Under the pieces are notes generated by a model that was not told the origin of the DNA, did not search any database, and saw nothing but the letters and a program-made list of their open reading frames with translations. 64,000 bases of DNA, taken from positions 7,571 through 71,570 of the forward strand of contig CAZSWV010000006.1 of NCBI GenBank assembly GCA_964611295.1. Reading direction: 5' to 3'. This DNA comes from an uncultured Thermodesulfobacteriota bacterium. Its GTDB lineage: Bacteria > Desulfobacterota > B13-G15. The translations under genes were made by a program, and so were the position numbers. Position 1 is the stretch's first letter. Every line of letters begins with the position of its first letter. Below are positions 39,178 through 48,774 of the stretch, in pieces.

Positions 39178-41449
39178 GTTTTTGGGCAAACCTACTCCTC
39201 GTAAGGACGCTTTGGACATAGTCACGGGTAGGGCCAAATACCTCAACGACATAAGGCTACCCGGCATGTTGATCGGCAAGGTGTTGAGGAGCCCATACCC
39301 TCACGCCATCATAAAGGACATACGTGTGGAGAAGGCAAGGCAGCTTCCAGACGTCAAGGCCGTACTGACCTATAAGGACGTTCCGGATTGGAAGGTAGGT
39401 CTTCCGCCGCATTTGCGCGTTCTCGACAGGAAGGTGAGGTTTGTAGGGGATGCGGTGGCGCTTGTGGCAGCTGAGACCGAGGAAGCGGCTTTGGAAGCCC
39501 TTGAATTGATCGAGGTGGATTACGAAATACTTCCTGCCGTTTATGACGTAGAGGAAGCCATAAAGCCAGGGGTCCCTCAGCTTTACGAAGAGTTTCCCAA
39601 TAACCTCCTCCCCTTGGGGAATCCCTGGTTTGGTAGTCCCCAGGCCCCTGAGGGTCTAAAGGAACTCATCGTAGGGGACGTAGAGAAGGGTTTCCAGGAA
39701 GCGGATGTGGTTGTGGAGGGGACCTTCACTTATGAAAACATAACCAATCCCTTGCCGCCTGAACCGCCTGGTGTCATAGCCGCATGGGAAGACCCTCGTA
39801 CCGTTCACGTGTGGTTGACCTCGCAGGGGATCTACATAGATAAGATCAGCCTTTATTACCTCATGAAGAGACAGTATGACGTAGTGGTCCACGGTCCCCA
39901 GTGTGGCGGTAGCTACGGATCCAAGGGTACTATATTGCCCCTTGCACTTCAGGCCATCCTTTTGGCGAAGGCAGCCGGTAGGCCTGTGAAGCTCTCCTAT
40001 ACCAAAGAAGAGCACTTGACCACCTTTACCTTGAGGTTGGGTTCACGGATCCGGGGTAAAGTCGGGATGAAGAAGGACGGTACCGTTACGGCGATAGAAG
40101 GCGAGTGGTTGGTCAACACAGGCCATTATTCGGCTGTCACACAGGGACAGGTGATGGTGGGATTGGGTGAGGCACAACTTGTGATCCGCTGCAAAAATTG
40201 GCGTCTTAAGCCTAAGATCGTCTGTACCAACCGGGCCAGCTCAGGTTGGATCAGGGGGTTTGGCGGGCAAGAATTGAAGTCAGCGCTTCTCCCCCTCCTG
40301 TATGTGGCCATGGCGAAACTTGACATCGATCCAGTGGAGTTCTTCAAGAAAAACGTCATAAAGGCTGGAGAGGGGTACTTCTGGAGAGACGGACAGTGGT
40401 GGGTATCGCGGGTCATAGATTTCACAAAGGCAATAGATAAGGGGGCTGAGGCCTTTGGATGGAGGGAGAAGTGGAAGGGGTGGCTTAAGCCCACCGCTGT
40501 GAACGGTCCGAAGAGGATAGGGATAGGGGTAGGGGTCCATGGCAACGCTGACGTAGGGGAAGATGTGGCCGAGGCCTATGTCCGTTTGGATCCGGATCAA
40601 ACGGCCACCCTCTTTGTAGCCGTGCCCGAGCAAGGTGGAGGCCAGAGGAGCAACCTCTGTAAGATGGTAGCTGAGGTGCTCCAAATACCCCTTGAGCGGG
40701 TCTTTATATCCCCTGCAGACACAAACATAAACCCCTACGAATTCGGCCTTGTTGGATCGCGGGGGACCTATGCCATAGGTAGCGCTGTGATAATGGCTGC
40801 CGAGGACGCCAAAAGACAGCTTTTCGAGTTGGCTGCTGAGATGTTGAGGGTTGGCCCAGAGGAACTGGACATGAGGGACGGGATCATATACGTGAAGGGA
40901 CAACCCGACAGGCAGACCACTTGGAGGAAGGCCTTGGGGCCCATGAGGACCATAGTAGGCTATGGACGCTTTGAGCCCGATTACTCCCTTTGCAACTTCA
41001 TGATCTCCTTTGTGGAAGTGGAAGTAGATACCGAAACAGGAATGGTAGAGCTCAAGCGGGTGGTGAACGCCACAGATGTAGGCCAGATCATCGATCCCCT
41101 ATGTTTGGAAAACCAACTCAACGGGTGCCTGGGGTCTGCAGGGATTGACACTGCCCTGTTCGAGGAGACGGTACTGGATCCGAAGGTGGGCAGGATCTTG
41201 ACTACGGACCTGATCGATTACAAGTGGCGTGTATTTAAGGACCTGCCGTCCATCGAAAACGTGGTCCTTGAGACGCCTTTCCCAAGTCACCGCTTTGGGG
41301 CAGTAGGGGTAGGTGAGATCGCTACCTCTCCCGGTCCGCCGGCGGTGGTCATGGCCGTGTCCAATGCCATAGGCAAATGGCTTTTCTCCTATCCAGCCAC
41401 TCCCGATAAGGTCTTAGAAGCCTTGGGGAAGACGAAAGGAGGCCACTGA
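39161..41449 (+). CDS. xanthine dehydrogenase-family molybdopterin-binding large subunit, HcrA/CoxL-like
   Basis: 762 aa with a CoxL/XdhA-type fold (..GGSYGSKG.., GGGQRSN.., EIATSPGP). The ATG is 7 nt after AGGAGG. Confidence 0.9.
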   Translation: MGQRYRFLGKPTPRKDALDIVTGRAKYLNDIRLPGMLIGKVLRSPYPHAIIKDIRVEKARQLPDVKAVLTYKDVPDWKVGLPPHLRVLDRKVRFVGDAVALVAAETEEAALEALELIEVDYEILPAVYDVEEAIKPGVPQLYEEFPNNLLPLGNPWFGSPQAPEGLKELIVGDVEKGFQEADVVVEGTFTYENITNPLPPEPPGVIAAWEDPRTVHVWLTSQGIYIDKISLYYLMKRQYDVVVHGPQCGGSYGSKGTILPLALQAILLAKAAGRPVKLSYTKEEHLTTFTLRLGSRIRGKVGMKKDGTVTAIEGEWLVNTGHYSAVTQGQVMVGLGEAQLVIRCKNWRLKPKIVCTNRASSGWIRGFGGQELKSALLPLLYVAMAKLDIDPVEFFKKNVIKAGEGYFWRDGQWWVSRVIDFTKAIDKGAEAFGWREKWKGWLKPTAVNGPKRIGIGVGVHGNADVGEDVAEAYVRLDPDQTATLFVAVPEQGGGQRSNLCKMVAEVLQIPLERVFISPADTNINPYEFGLVGSRGTYAIGSAVIMAAEDAKRQLFELAAEMLRVGPEELDMRDGIIYVKGQPDRQTTWRKALGPMRTIVGYGRFEPDYSLCNFMISFVEVEVDTETGMVELKRVVNATDVGQIIDPLCLENQLNGCLGSAGIDTALFEETVLDPKVGRILTTDLIDYKWRVFKDLPSIENVVLETPFPSHRFGAVGVGEIATSPGPPAVVMAVSNAIGKWLFSYPATPDKVLEALGKTKGGH

Positions 41450-41451
41450 CC

Positions 41452-43827
41452 ATGAAGCCCTTTGCCCATATAAGTGCACGGAACCTCCAAGAGGCCATAG
41501 ACCTCTTGAAGGCTTACAGAGGAAAGGCCCGCGTAATAGCAGGGGGGACTGACCTGATCCCCTTGCTCAAGAGGGAATCCCTGCCCTCTTATCCAGAGGT
41601 CATCGTCGACTTAAAGCCTGTAGAGGGGTTGCAGTACATAAGGGAAGATGCCGATGGACTTAGAATAGGGGCACTTACTAAATTGAGCGAGATAGCAAAG
41701 TCCCCTATTGTCAGGGAAAAGTACAAGGCCCTTGCGGAAGCGGCAGAAGCGGTTGCCACGCCTCAGGTCCGAAATATGGGCACCATTGGCGGTAACCTGT
41801 GTCAGGACCTTCGTTGTTGGTATTACAGGTATCCGCATCAGATTGGGGGTCGGATCCTGTGCTACTTAAAAGGAGGGAGTACCTGTTATGCCCTTACTGG
41901 AGATAACCGTTACCATTCGGTTTTCGAGTGTTATAGGGACGCAAATAGGCCTTCGGCATGTGCCCTGGCATGTCGGGCAAAGGTGAGCGTGCCCTTGTAC
42001 CTCTCCAAGGTCAGGGAGGGGAAGCTTGACGAAGCAGCAGAATTGCTCCTTGAGGCCAACCCCTTGGCTCCTGTGACGGGCCGCGTTTGCCCCCATTATT
42101 GTGAGAAGGACTGCAGTAGGCTCCGTCTGGACGAACCCGTGGCCATAAGGAGCCTTGAAAGGTTTATCGGCGATTACGCTCTTGGAAAAGCAGAGAGGTT
42201 CTTCAAGGTCGAGACAAGGGATACAGGCAAGAAGGTGGCTATAGTGGGATCAGGACCTGCGGGACTTACGGCGGCTTATTACCTCAGGAAGTCAGGTCAT
42301 CAGGTGGTGGTATTTGAAAAGGAGGCAGAGCCCGGAGGGCTTTTGAAGTATGGGATACCTCCCTTCAGGTTGCCCAAGGGGGTTTTAGAGGAGGTCATCA
42401 AAGCCTTCAAGGATTTCCTAGGCGTGGAGTTCCGGTTAAAGGTCCAAATCGGCAAGGACATGACATTGAAAGACCTCATGGGGAGTTTTGATGCCGTCTT
42501 CATAGCCTCTGGGGCGTGGAAGGAAGTGAGGATGGGTATTCCAGGAGAGGAACTTTTGATGGACGGCCTCCATTTCCTTAAGGAAGTAAACTCGGGCCTG
42601 AGGGAGGCCCCAGGCCGGGAGGTAGCTGTGATCGGTGGTGGTAATGTGGCGATAGATGTAGCGAGGGTGCTCCTGAGGCTTGGGGCAAAGCCCACCGTCA
42701 TCTACAGGCGCACCGAGGACCAAATGCCTGCTTTGAAGGAGGAGGTCGAAGCGGCTAAAGAGGAAGGGGTTAAATTTGAGTTTTTGACCTTGCCCATAGA
42801 GGCGGAACGGAAGGGCGAAAAGGTACTTCTCAAATGCGTAAGGATGAAGCTTGGGGCTATCGACCATACTGGAAGGCCGGCCCCGGTACCTATTGAAGGT
42901 TCGGAGTTCACCGTGGAGTACGATGCGGTGATCAAGGCCGTTGGGGAGGCCCCAGATACTTCCTTTATCCCTGAGGTATTCCTCGATGAAAAGGGGAGGG
43001 TCAAGGTAGACGGTGTTACAGGCTTTGTAGGTGAGAACCTCTTTGCAGGGGGTGATCTCGTCACTGGTCCAGCCACCGTGGTAGAGGCCATATCGGCTGG
43101 CAAAAGGGCCGCAGTGTTCATAAACCAGTTCCTTTCCAAGGGTGAAGTAACTGTAGAAGAGCCCAAGGAAGTGCCCATTTGGGACAAGGTAAACAATGCC
43201 TGTTTGGGACCTTCGCCAAGGGTTAAGGCTGAGAAGGTCCCTGTTAGCCAAAGGGGGATTGAAGTAGAGGACGTCTTGGGGTTGGACTTAGAGGAGGTGA
43301 AGGAAGAGGCAAAAAGGTGTCTCAACTGTGGGTGTGTAGCGGTAAGTCCTTCGGATTTAGCGGTTGCCCTTATAGCCCTTGGCGCGAAGGTAAAGATAGT
43401 TGGCCCTTCAGGGGAAAGGGTGGTCCCCGTAGAGGACCTTTATGTCACCCCACGCCCCCTAATCGAGCAGGACGAACTTTTGACCGAAGTCCTAGTGCCT
43501 CCGGTGCCCGATGGGGCAAGCCAAGTATTTGTGAAATTCAGGTTGAGGAGTTCTATAGATTTTGCAATAGTTAGCGTGGCCCTTCTGTTGATCATGGAGG
43601 ACGGCATCTGTAAAGATGCAAAGGTCGTTCTAGGTGGGGTTTCTCCACGGCCGATCCGCGCATCCCTAGCGGAAGAGGCCTTAAAGGGCAGATCTCTCAC
43701 GCCTGAGTCCATAGAGGCCGCTTCCCAAGCTGCTGTTAAAGAGGCGGTGCCCTTGAGCATGAACGCCTATAAAGTCGAACTCACAAAGACGTTGCTTAAG
43801 CGAGCCCTTGAAACGATACGGGGGTAA
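41452..43827 (+). CDS. xanthine dehydrogenase-family FAD-binding medium subunit (CoxM/HcrB-like) carrying an inserted GltD-like NAD(P)H:FAD/[4Fe-4S] module
   Basis: N-terminal FAD_binding_5 region up to GTIGGNLCQDLRC. It is followed by GltD/PreT motifs GRVCPHYCEKDC, VAIVGSGPAGLTAAYYL (FAD) and VAVIGGGNVAIDVARV (NADPH). A CLNCGC follows, then the CoxM C-terminal domain. Total 791 aa. Confidence 0.75.
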   Translation: MKPFAHISARNLQEAIDLLKAYRGKARVIAGGTDLIPLLKRESLPSYPEVIVDLKPVEGLQYIREDADGLRIGALTKLSEIAKSPIVREKYKALAEAAEAVATPQVRNMGTIGGNLCQDLRCWYYRYPHQIGGRILCYLKGGSTCYALTGDNRYHSVFECYRDANRPSACALACRAKVSVPLYLSKVREGKLDEAAELLLEANPLAPVTGRVCPHYCEKDCSRLRLDEPVAIRSLERFIGDYALGKAERFFKVETRDTGKKVAIVGSGPAGLTAAYYLRKSGHQVVVFEKEAEPGGLLKYGIPPFRLPKGVLEEVIKAFKDFLGVEFRLKVQIGKDMTLKDLMGSFDAVFIASGAWKEVRMGIPGEELLMDGLHFLKEVNSGLREAPGREVAVIGGGNVAIDVARVLLRLGAKPTVIYRRTEDQMPALKEEVEAAKEEGVKFEFLTLPIEAERKGEKVLLKCVRMKLGAIDHTGRPAPVPIEGSEFTVEYDAVIKAVGEAPDTSFIPEVFLDEKGRVKVDGVTGFVGENLFAGGDLVTGPATVVEAISAGKRAAVFINQFLSKGEVTVEEPKEVPIWDKVNNACLGPSPRVKAEKVPVSQRGIEVEDVLGLDLEEVKEEAKRCLNCGCVAVSPSDLAVALIALGAKVKIVGPSGERVVPVEDLYVTPRPLIEQDELLTEVLVPPVPDGASQVFVKFRLRSSIDFAIVSVALLLIMEDGICKDAKVVLGGVSPRPIRASLAEEALKGRSLTPESIEAASQAAVKEAVPLSMNAYKVELTKTLLKRALETIRG

Positions 43828-43900
43828 TGCCTCTGTTTTGCCTTTATCCCATGTCGAAAGGGTTGCTAATTCCAACGGCGTTGTTGTATGAATTTAAGAT

Positions 43901-45355
43901 ATGAAGCCTAAGACAAAAGAGAAGCTCCTTGAGGGCATCCTAAAGACCGGCCTTTTGTTCTTAGACGTAAGTTTGTTAAGGGGTCTCCTCATAAAGAAGA
44001 TGGAGGGGTATCTGTGGCGTAGGATCGTTGAAGAGGCTTTTGATGCCATACGGCCTGCTCAAGAACTGAAGTTTTATTTTGTAAGGAACTTGTTGCGCAC
44101 GACTGACAGACATCTGCGCAAAGGTTGGTTGAGCAAAGAGGTGTTTCACAAGATGGTGCGGGTTTTTGCCCGTGGTGTCCTTATGGAGGACATAGAGTAC
44201 CGAGAAAGGAAGCAAGAAGAAGGCGATCCGGCTACCCCCTCCTTTGTGGTCATAAGCCCTACCCAGGCCTGTAACTTAAGGTGTCCGGGTTGTTATGCCT
44301 TGAGCGAACCGACAAGGACCTTTTCCTTGCCTTATTCGGTGGTAAGTCGCATCATTGCGGAAAAGACCAGGTTCTGGCACTCACACTTTACGGTGGTGTC
44401 GGGTGGTGAGCCCTTTTTATGGAAGAGCGAAGGCAAGGACATCATAGACCTTGCCCGGGAGCACAACGATAATTTCTTCATGGTTTATACCAACGGGACC
44501 CTTATAGACGAAAGGGTAGCAGAGAGGTTAAGAGAGGTAGGTAATTTCACCCCTGTTATATCCGTAGAGGGTTTCGAAGAGAACACCGATAGGCGTAGGG
44601 GCAGAGGTACTTTTAAAAAGGTACTGAGGGCCTTTAAAGTCCTGAGGGACTACGGGGTTCCCTTCGGGATATCGGTTGTGGCCGAAAAACACAACTGGGA
44701 AGAAGTCACCAGTTGGGAGTTCTTGCGCTTCTTCTTCGACCAAGAGGGCGCCTTTTATGGGTGGCTGTTCCAATATATGCCGATAGGGCGAGGATATACC
44801 CTTCAGGCCATGGTGGGACCTGAAGAAAGGCTCGAAATGCTGAAGAGGAACATCGAGGCCATAAAGGCAGGCTATAACTACATCGATTTTTGGAACCAAG
44901 GACCAATGACCGACGGTTGCCTTGCAGGGGGTAGATCAGGTGGATATCTTTACATAGATTGGAAGGGCGATGTAATGCCTTGCGTTTTTATACCTTATAG
45001 GCAAGACAACATTTTGGAAGTGTACAACCGAGGTGGGACGCTTGAGGACGTCCTTTATTCGGGCTTCTTTAAAAGGATAAGGCACTGGCAACGCGAATAC
45101 GCCCTGAAAAAACCCGCATCTCAAAGGGGCAACCTCACCATGCCGTGCCCTATGAGGGATCATCACCAGTTCATGTGGGGCGTGTTGAAGGAACTTGTGG
45201 TCCAGCCCACTGACGAGGCAGCTCAGGAGGCTTTAAACGACGAAGCCTATCACATGGGGTTGATCGAATATGACCTCAGGCTCAAAGAGCTCCTTGATCC
45301 TGTTTGGGAAAAGGAATTCAAGGGCAAATCGGTCTTTCCCACGGAAGGGAGTTGA
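43901..45355 (+). CDS. radical SAM enzyme (unknown function) with a roughly 120-aa N-terminal extension
   Basis: CNLRCPGCYA (CxxxCxxC) and a GGEP-like SGGEPFLW. Additional C-terminal Cys residues (GCLAGG, PCVF, PCPM) could form an auxiliary cluster. Confidence 0.8.
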   Translation: MKPKTKEKLLEGILKTGLLFLDVSLLRGLLIKKMEGYLWRRIVEEAFDAIRPAQELKFYFVRNLLRTTDRHLRKGWLSKEVFHKMVRVFARGVLMEDIEYRERKQEEGDPATPSFVVISPTQACNLRCPGCYALSEPTRTFSLPYSVVSRIIAEKTRFWHSHFTVVSGGEPFLWKSEGKDIIDLAREHNDNFFMVYTNGTLIDERVAERLREVGNFTPVISVEGFEENTDRRRGRGTFKKVLRAFKVLRDYGVPFGISVVAEKHNWEEVTSWEFLRFFFDQEGAFYGWLFQYMPIGRGYTLQAMVGPEERLEMLKRNIEAIKAGYNYIDFWNQGPMTDGCLAGGRSGGYLYIDWKGDVMPCVFIPYRQDNILEVYNRGGTLEDVLYSGFFKRIRHWQREYALKKPASQRGNLTMPCPMRDHHQFMWGVLKELVVQPTDEAAQEALNDEAYHMGLIEYDLRLKELLDPVWEKEFKGKSVFPTEGS

Positions 45356-45906
45356 AAAGGGTTACTTGGTTTCTCCTTTTCCTTTCTTTAGTTACAGCTT
45401 GTTTTTTTAAAAGGCCCACTGTACAGGAAAGGCGCTGTTATCTTGTAGGAGAGATAGGCACAGCCCTTTCCCCCCTTTTTGGAGACCCTGAGGCCTTAAG
45501 AGGTCTTTTTTCCTTCAAGTGGGAGAAGGACGAAACGGTGACCCTTTTGAGGGGCGAATTCTTATACCAACGGGGGCAAGGGGTTTGGGCGGAGATAAAG
45601 GACCCATGGGGACGGAGGGTTGTAGAGGTTTGGTTGAAAGGGGAGGACTACTCGGTGTTTTACCCTAAGGGTGGCCTACTCTTTGTGGGCAAGGTCAAGG
45701 AAGAGGTATGTTTTTCGGTAAACAAACCGCCCCTTCTCAAGTTCCCCCGAGGGATAAAGGGAAACCTCGGGAGGTTTGGTTGGGAACTAGCGCTTAAGGA
45801 GATATCGGAAGACGTTTCCTCCGAGTTTCCTTCCCTTGATCCTTCGGCGATAAAGGGGGTCTTTCAAATAGAAGACCTAAAGGAACTTTTGGAGAGGTAC
45901 CTTTGA
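45352..45906 (+). CDS. predicted lipoprotein (hypothetical)
   Basis: Probable TTG start overlapping the radical-SAM stop (TTGA). The N-terminus MKRVTWFLLFLSLVTAC carries the lipobox VTAC. Confidence 0.4.
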   Translation: MKRVTWFLLFLSLVTACFFKRPTVQERRCYLVGEIGTALSPLFGDPEALRGLFSFKWEKDETVTLLRGEFLYQRGQGVWAEIKDPWGRRVVEVWLKGEDYSVFYPKGGLLFVGKVKEEVCFSVNKPPLLKFPRGIKGNLGRFGWELALKEISEDVSSEFPSLDPSAIKGVFQIEDLKELLERYL

Positions 45907-46694
45907 GGGGAGATAAGCTAAAACTCGGATGGTTCAGTTCGGCCAGGGACAAAGCCGCAAGGGATCTGTTGCTTGAGGTGTATCGGAGGACAAAGGACGG
46001 GTTTATCAAGGCAGAGCTGGGTTTTATCTTCCTGACCAAGGAAAAAGGCGAGTCTAAAGAGGGCGACGAGTTTTATGCCCTTTGCGAGGCTTTGGGGCTC
46101 AAGGTCATGGGGTTTTCCTCAAGGAGGTTCTTACCAGAGCTACGTCAGAGGGATCCTGCGACCTGGAGGAAGCTGTACCATCAAGAGGTCAAGAGGCTTA
46201 TAGAAGGCGAAGACATAGACCTAGGGGTCCTTTCGGGGTATATGCTTGTTGTGGACAAGCTCTTCTTAAAGGAATATGCCCTTATAAACCTCCATCCAGC
46301 CCTACCTGGGGGACCGCAGGGGAGCTGGGAAGAAGTCATATGGGCCATAATCGAAAAAAGGCAGAAGGAAACCGGAGCCATGGTCCATTTGGTCACAGAG
46401 GAATTGGACAGGGGACCAGCGCTTTCCTTTTTCACAATCCACCTTGAGGGGGAGGTTTTTGACCCCTTGTGGGAGGGAATAGGGGGGTGTCCTAATGAGG
46501 ACCTGAGGTCATATGAAAAGGCGCAGGAGCTTTTTTGGACTATAAGGAAAGAAGAGGAAAAGAGGGAACCTCCCCTTTTGGTCCTAACCCTTAGGGCCCT
46601 TTCACTAGGGGAGATGGATGTCGATAAGATAGGGAGCTTACCTCCTAGGGACTTCACCGAGGAGGTGGAAGCCTATTTGAGGGGGAAAATGTGA
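45903..46694 (+). CDS. formyltransferase-fold protein (PurN/Fmt-like)
   Basis: INLHPALPGG matches the N-x-H of the PurN/Fmt HxSLLP motif, and the HLVTEELDRGP Asp is conserved. The N-terminal substrate loop is divergent. TTG start with a TTGA overlap. Confidence 0.6.
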   Translation: MRGDKLKLGWFSSARDKAARDLLLEVYRRTKDGFIKAELGFIFLTKEKGESKEGDEFYALCEALGLKVMGFSSRRFLPELRQRDPATWRKLYHQEVKRLIEGEDIDLGVLSGYMLVVDKLFLKEYALINLHPALPGGPQGSWEEVIWAIIEKRQKETGAMVHLVTEELDRGPALSFFTIHLEGEVFDPLWEGIGGCPNEDLRSYEKAQELFWTIRKEEEKREPPLLVLTLRALSLGEMDVDKIGSLPPRDFTEEVEAYLRGKM

Positions 46695-47716
46695 AGGTAT
46701 TTGTCACCGATTGTGAAGGTCCTATTACCAAAAACGACAACGCCTTTGAGTTGTGCTGTCATTTCATCCCCAAAGGCGAAGAGTTATTCAGGGTCTTGAG
46801 CAGATACGACGATTACCTCTACTACGTGGAAAAGCGCCAGGGGTATCAAGCTGGAACCACCTTGAAGTTCGTCTTTCCTTTCCTTTTGGCCTTTGGCATA
46901 ACGGAGGAAAAGATGCTTGATTTCAGCCTCCGTACCCTGACCATCATGCCCAAGGCCATTGAGGCCTTGAGGTCTATAAGGGGGGTTATGCCCGTTTTCA
47001 TCGTGAGCACCAGTTACGCTCCTTACCTCAAGGCCCTCTGTGGGATCCTGGGGATCTCCATGGAGCAGGTGTTCTGCACGTCTTTCGACCTAGAGGGCAT
47101 AGAGTTCACCGAAAGGGACAAAAGGGCCTTGAGGGAATTGGCCAGAGAGATAGCCTCTTTTGAGGTCCCCCAAGACCTTACCCACGAAAGGGCCTTGAAG
47201 ATATGGGAGAGGCTTGACGCGATCTTCTTCAAGGGAGGCCTTAGGTACCTTGAGGGGCTTTTGTCGCGAATAGAGACCGTGGGGGCAAAGGAGAAGGCAA
47301 GGGCGGTCAAGGAGGTGATCAAGAGGACCGGTTCTTCCCTACAAGAGGTCATGTATGTCGGTGACAGCATTACCGACTTTGAGGCCTTGAGAGACGTAAG
47401 AGAAGGGGGAGGCCTTTCCGTAGCCTTCAACGCCAACCGTTATGCCCTTGAAGTAGCAGAGGTAGCCTGCCTTGCTGAGGACTTATATCCCCTTGCGGTG
47501 ATGGCCTATCTCTTCTATCGGGGAGGGAAGGAAGAGGTACTCAAGGCTGCCATGGACTGGAAGGAGGTTCCTTTGTTGAGAAAGGGGGTACCTAGTGAAT
47601 GGCTTTCGGAGGCAAAGGTTGGGATCATCAGCAAGGAGAACGTGGCCTTTTGGGTCCTGGAGAGCGAGAGCTGGAGGAAGCGCATAAGAGGGGTAAAGAT
47701 AGGGGAGCTCGGTTGA
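46691..47716 (+). CDS. HAD-superfamily hydrolase-like protein
   Basis: Motif I VFVTDCEGPIT (D-C-E in place of DxD) and motif III YVGDSITD. GTG start with an ATGTGA overlap. Confidence 0.5.
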   Translation: MKVFVTDCEGPITKNDNAFELCCHFIPKGEELFRVLSRYDDYLYYVEKRQGYQAGTTLKFVFPFLLAFGITEEKMLDFSLRTLTIMPKAIEALRSIRGVMPVFIVSTSYAPYLKALCGILGISMEQVFCTSFDLEGIEFTERDKRALRELAREIASFEVPQDLTHERALKIWERLDAIFFKGGLRYLEGLLSRIETVGAKEKARAVKEVIKRTGSSLQEVMYVGDSITDFEALRDVREGGGLSVAFNANRYALEVAEVACLAEDLYPLAVMAYLFYRGGKEEVLKAAMDWKEVPLLRKGVPSEWLSEAKVGIISKENVAFWVLESESWRKRIRGVKIGELG

Positions 47717-48774
47717 AGGCCTCAAGGGTCCTTTTTTACCTCTTGTTGTTTTTGGCCCTTTACCTCCTTTTCCGCATAACGGTTCCCTTCATATCGGCGC
47801 TGTTTTGGGCGGCGATTTTGGCGGTGGCCTTCCATCCTATCAATACCCTCCTGAGGAGGTTGCTGAGATACAAAACCCTATCAGCCCTCCTTTGTACCTT
47901 TTTGGTCATCGCAGCGGTGGTGCTGCCCATTTGGCTCATGGGTAAGGCCTTGGTGGGAGAGCTTTCAGATGCCTATAAGGCCCTTGAGGAGATGCTCTCG
48001 CACGGGAAACTAGAGGAATGGTTGGATAAGCTAGAGGAAATGCCTTTGGTCAAGAGGGTGCTTCCTATCCTTAATCCTGGAAGCACTTCGGTAGATTTAA
48101 AGGAGTTCCTTTTAGGTCAAGTGCAAAAGGGAGCTGAACTGCTAAGCGGGCAGGTCTTGGGGATCTTCAGGAAGTTATCGTCTATGGTCTTTCAGCTTTT
48201 AATAGCCTTTGTGGCAGTTTTTTACCTATTCAGGGACGGGGACCTGATCCTTGAGCGCCTGAAGGGCCTTTTGCCTCTCGAAAGGGGGGAAGCAGAGGAG
48301 CTCCTCGAACGGGTCCATAAGATGATCCTTTCCACGCTTTACGGTGGTTTACTGGTTGCCCTGGTCCAAGGGGGACTAGGGGGGTTGGGGTTCTTCCTCG
48401 TAGGCTTACCGTCGCCCATTTTTTGGGGAATGGTGATGGCCCTGCTTTCGCTTTTACCTATAGTGGGGGCTTACCTGGTGTGGGTTCCGGCTGCCTTTTG
48501 GCTTTTTTTCGGCAAGGGTCAGACGTGGCACGCCCTGTTCCTCTTCGGGTGGGGCTTGGGCGTGGTATCAACGATAGACAACCTCCTTAGGCCCTTGTTC
48601 ATAGGTACGAGGACCAAGGTCCACCCTTTGCTCCTTTTCTTCGCCATATTAGGGGGTATCAAGGCCTTCGGGATAATTGGGGTTGTGGCGGCCCCTGTAA
48701 TAGTGGCCTTTGCCTTGGCCATGCTCGACTTTTACACCAGGCCCAAACCCCCTTCCCAGCCCGGTACTGAGTAA
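47713..48774 (+). CDS. AI-2E family transporter (PerM/YdiK-like)
   Basis: 8-TM UPF0118 pattern ...STLYGGLLVALVQGG...LLPIVGAYLVWVPAA.... Probable TTG start at 47713 (TTGA overlap). Confidence 0.75.
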   Translation: MKASRVLFYLLLFLALYLLFRITVPFISALFWAAILAVAFHPINTLLRRLLRYKTLSALLCTFLVIAAVVLPIWLMGKALVGELSDAYKALEEMLSHGKLEEWLDKLEEMPLVKRVLPILNPGSTSVDLKEFLLGQVQKGAELLSGQVLGIFRKLSSMVFQLLIAFVAVFYLFRDGDLILERLKGLLPLERGEAEELLERVHKMILSTLYGGLLVALVQGGLGGLGFFLVGLPSPIFWGMVMALLSLLPIVGAYLVWVPAAFWLFFGKGQTWHALFLFGWGLGVVSTIDNLLRPLFIGTRTKVHPLLLFFAILGGIKAFGIIGVVAAPVIVAFALAMLDFYTRPKPPSQPGTE

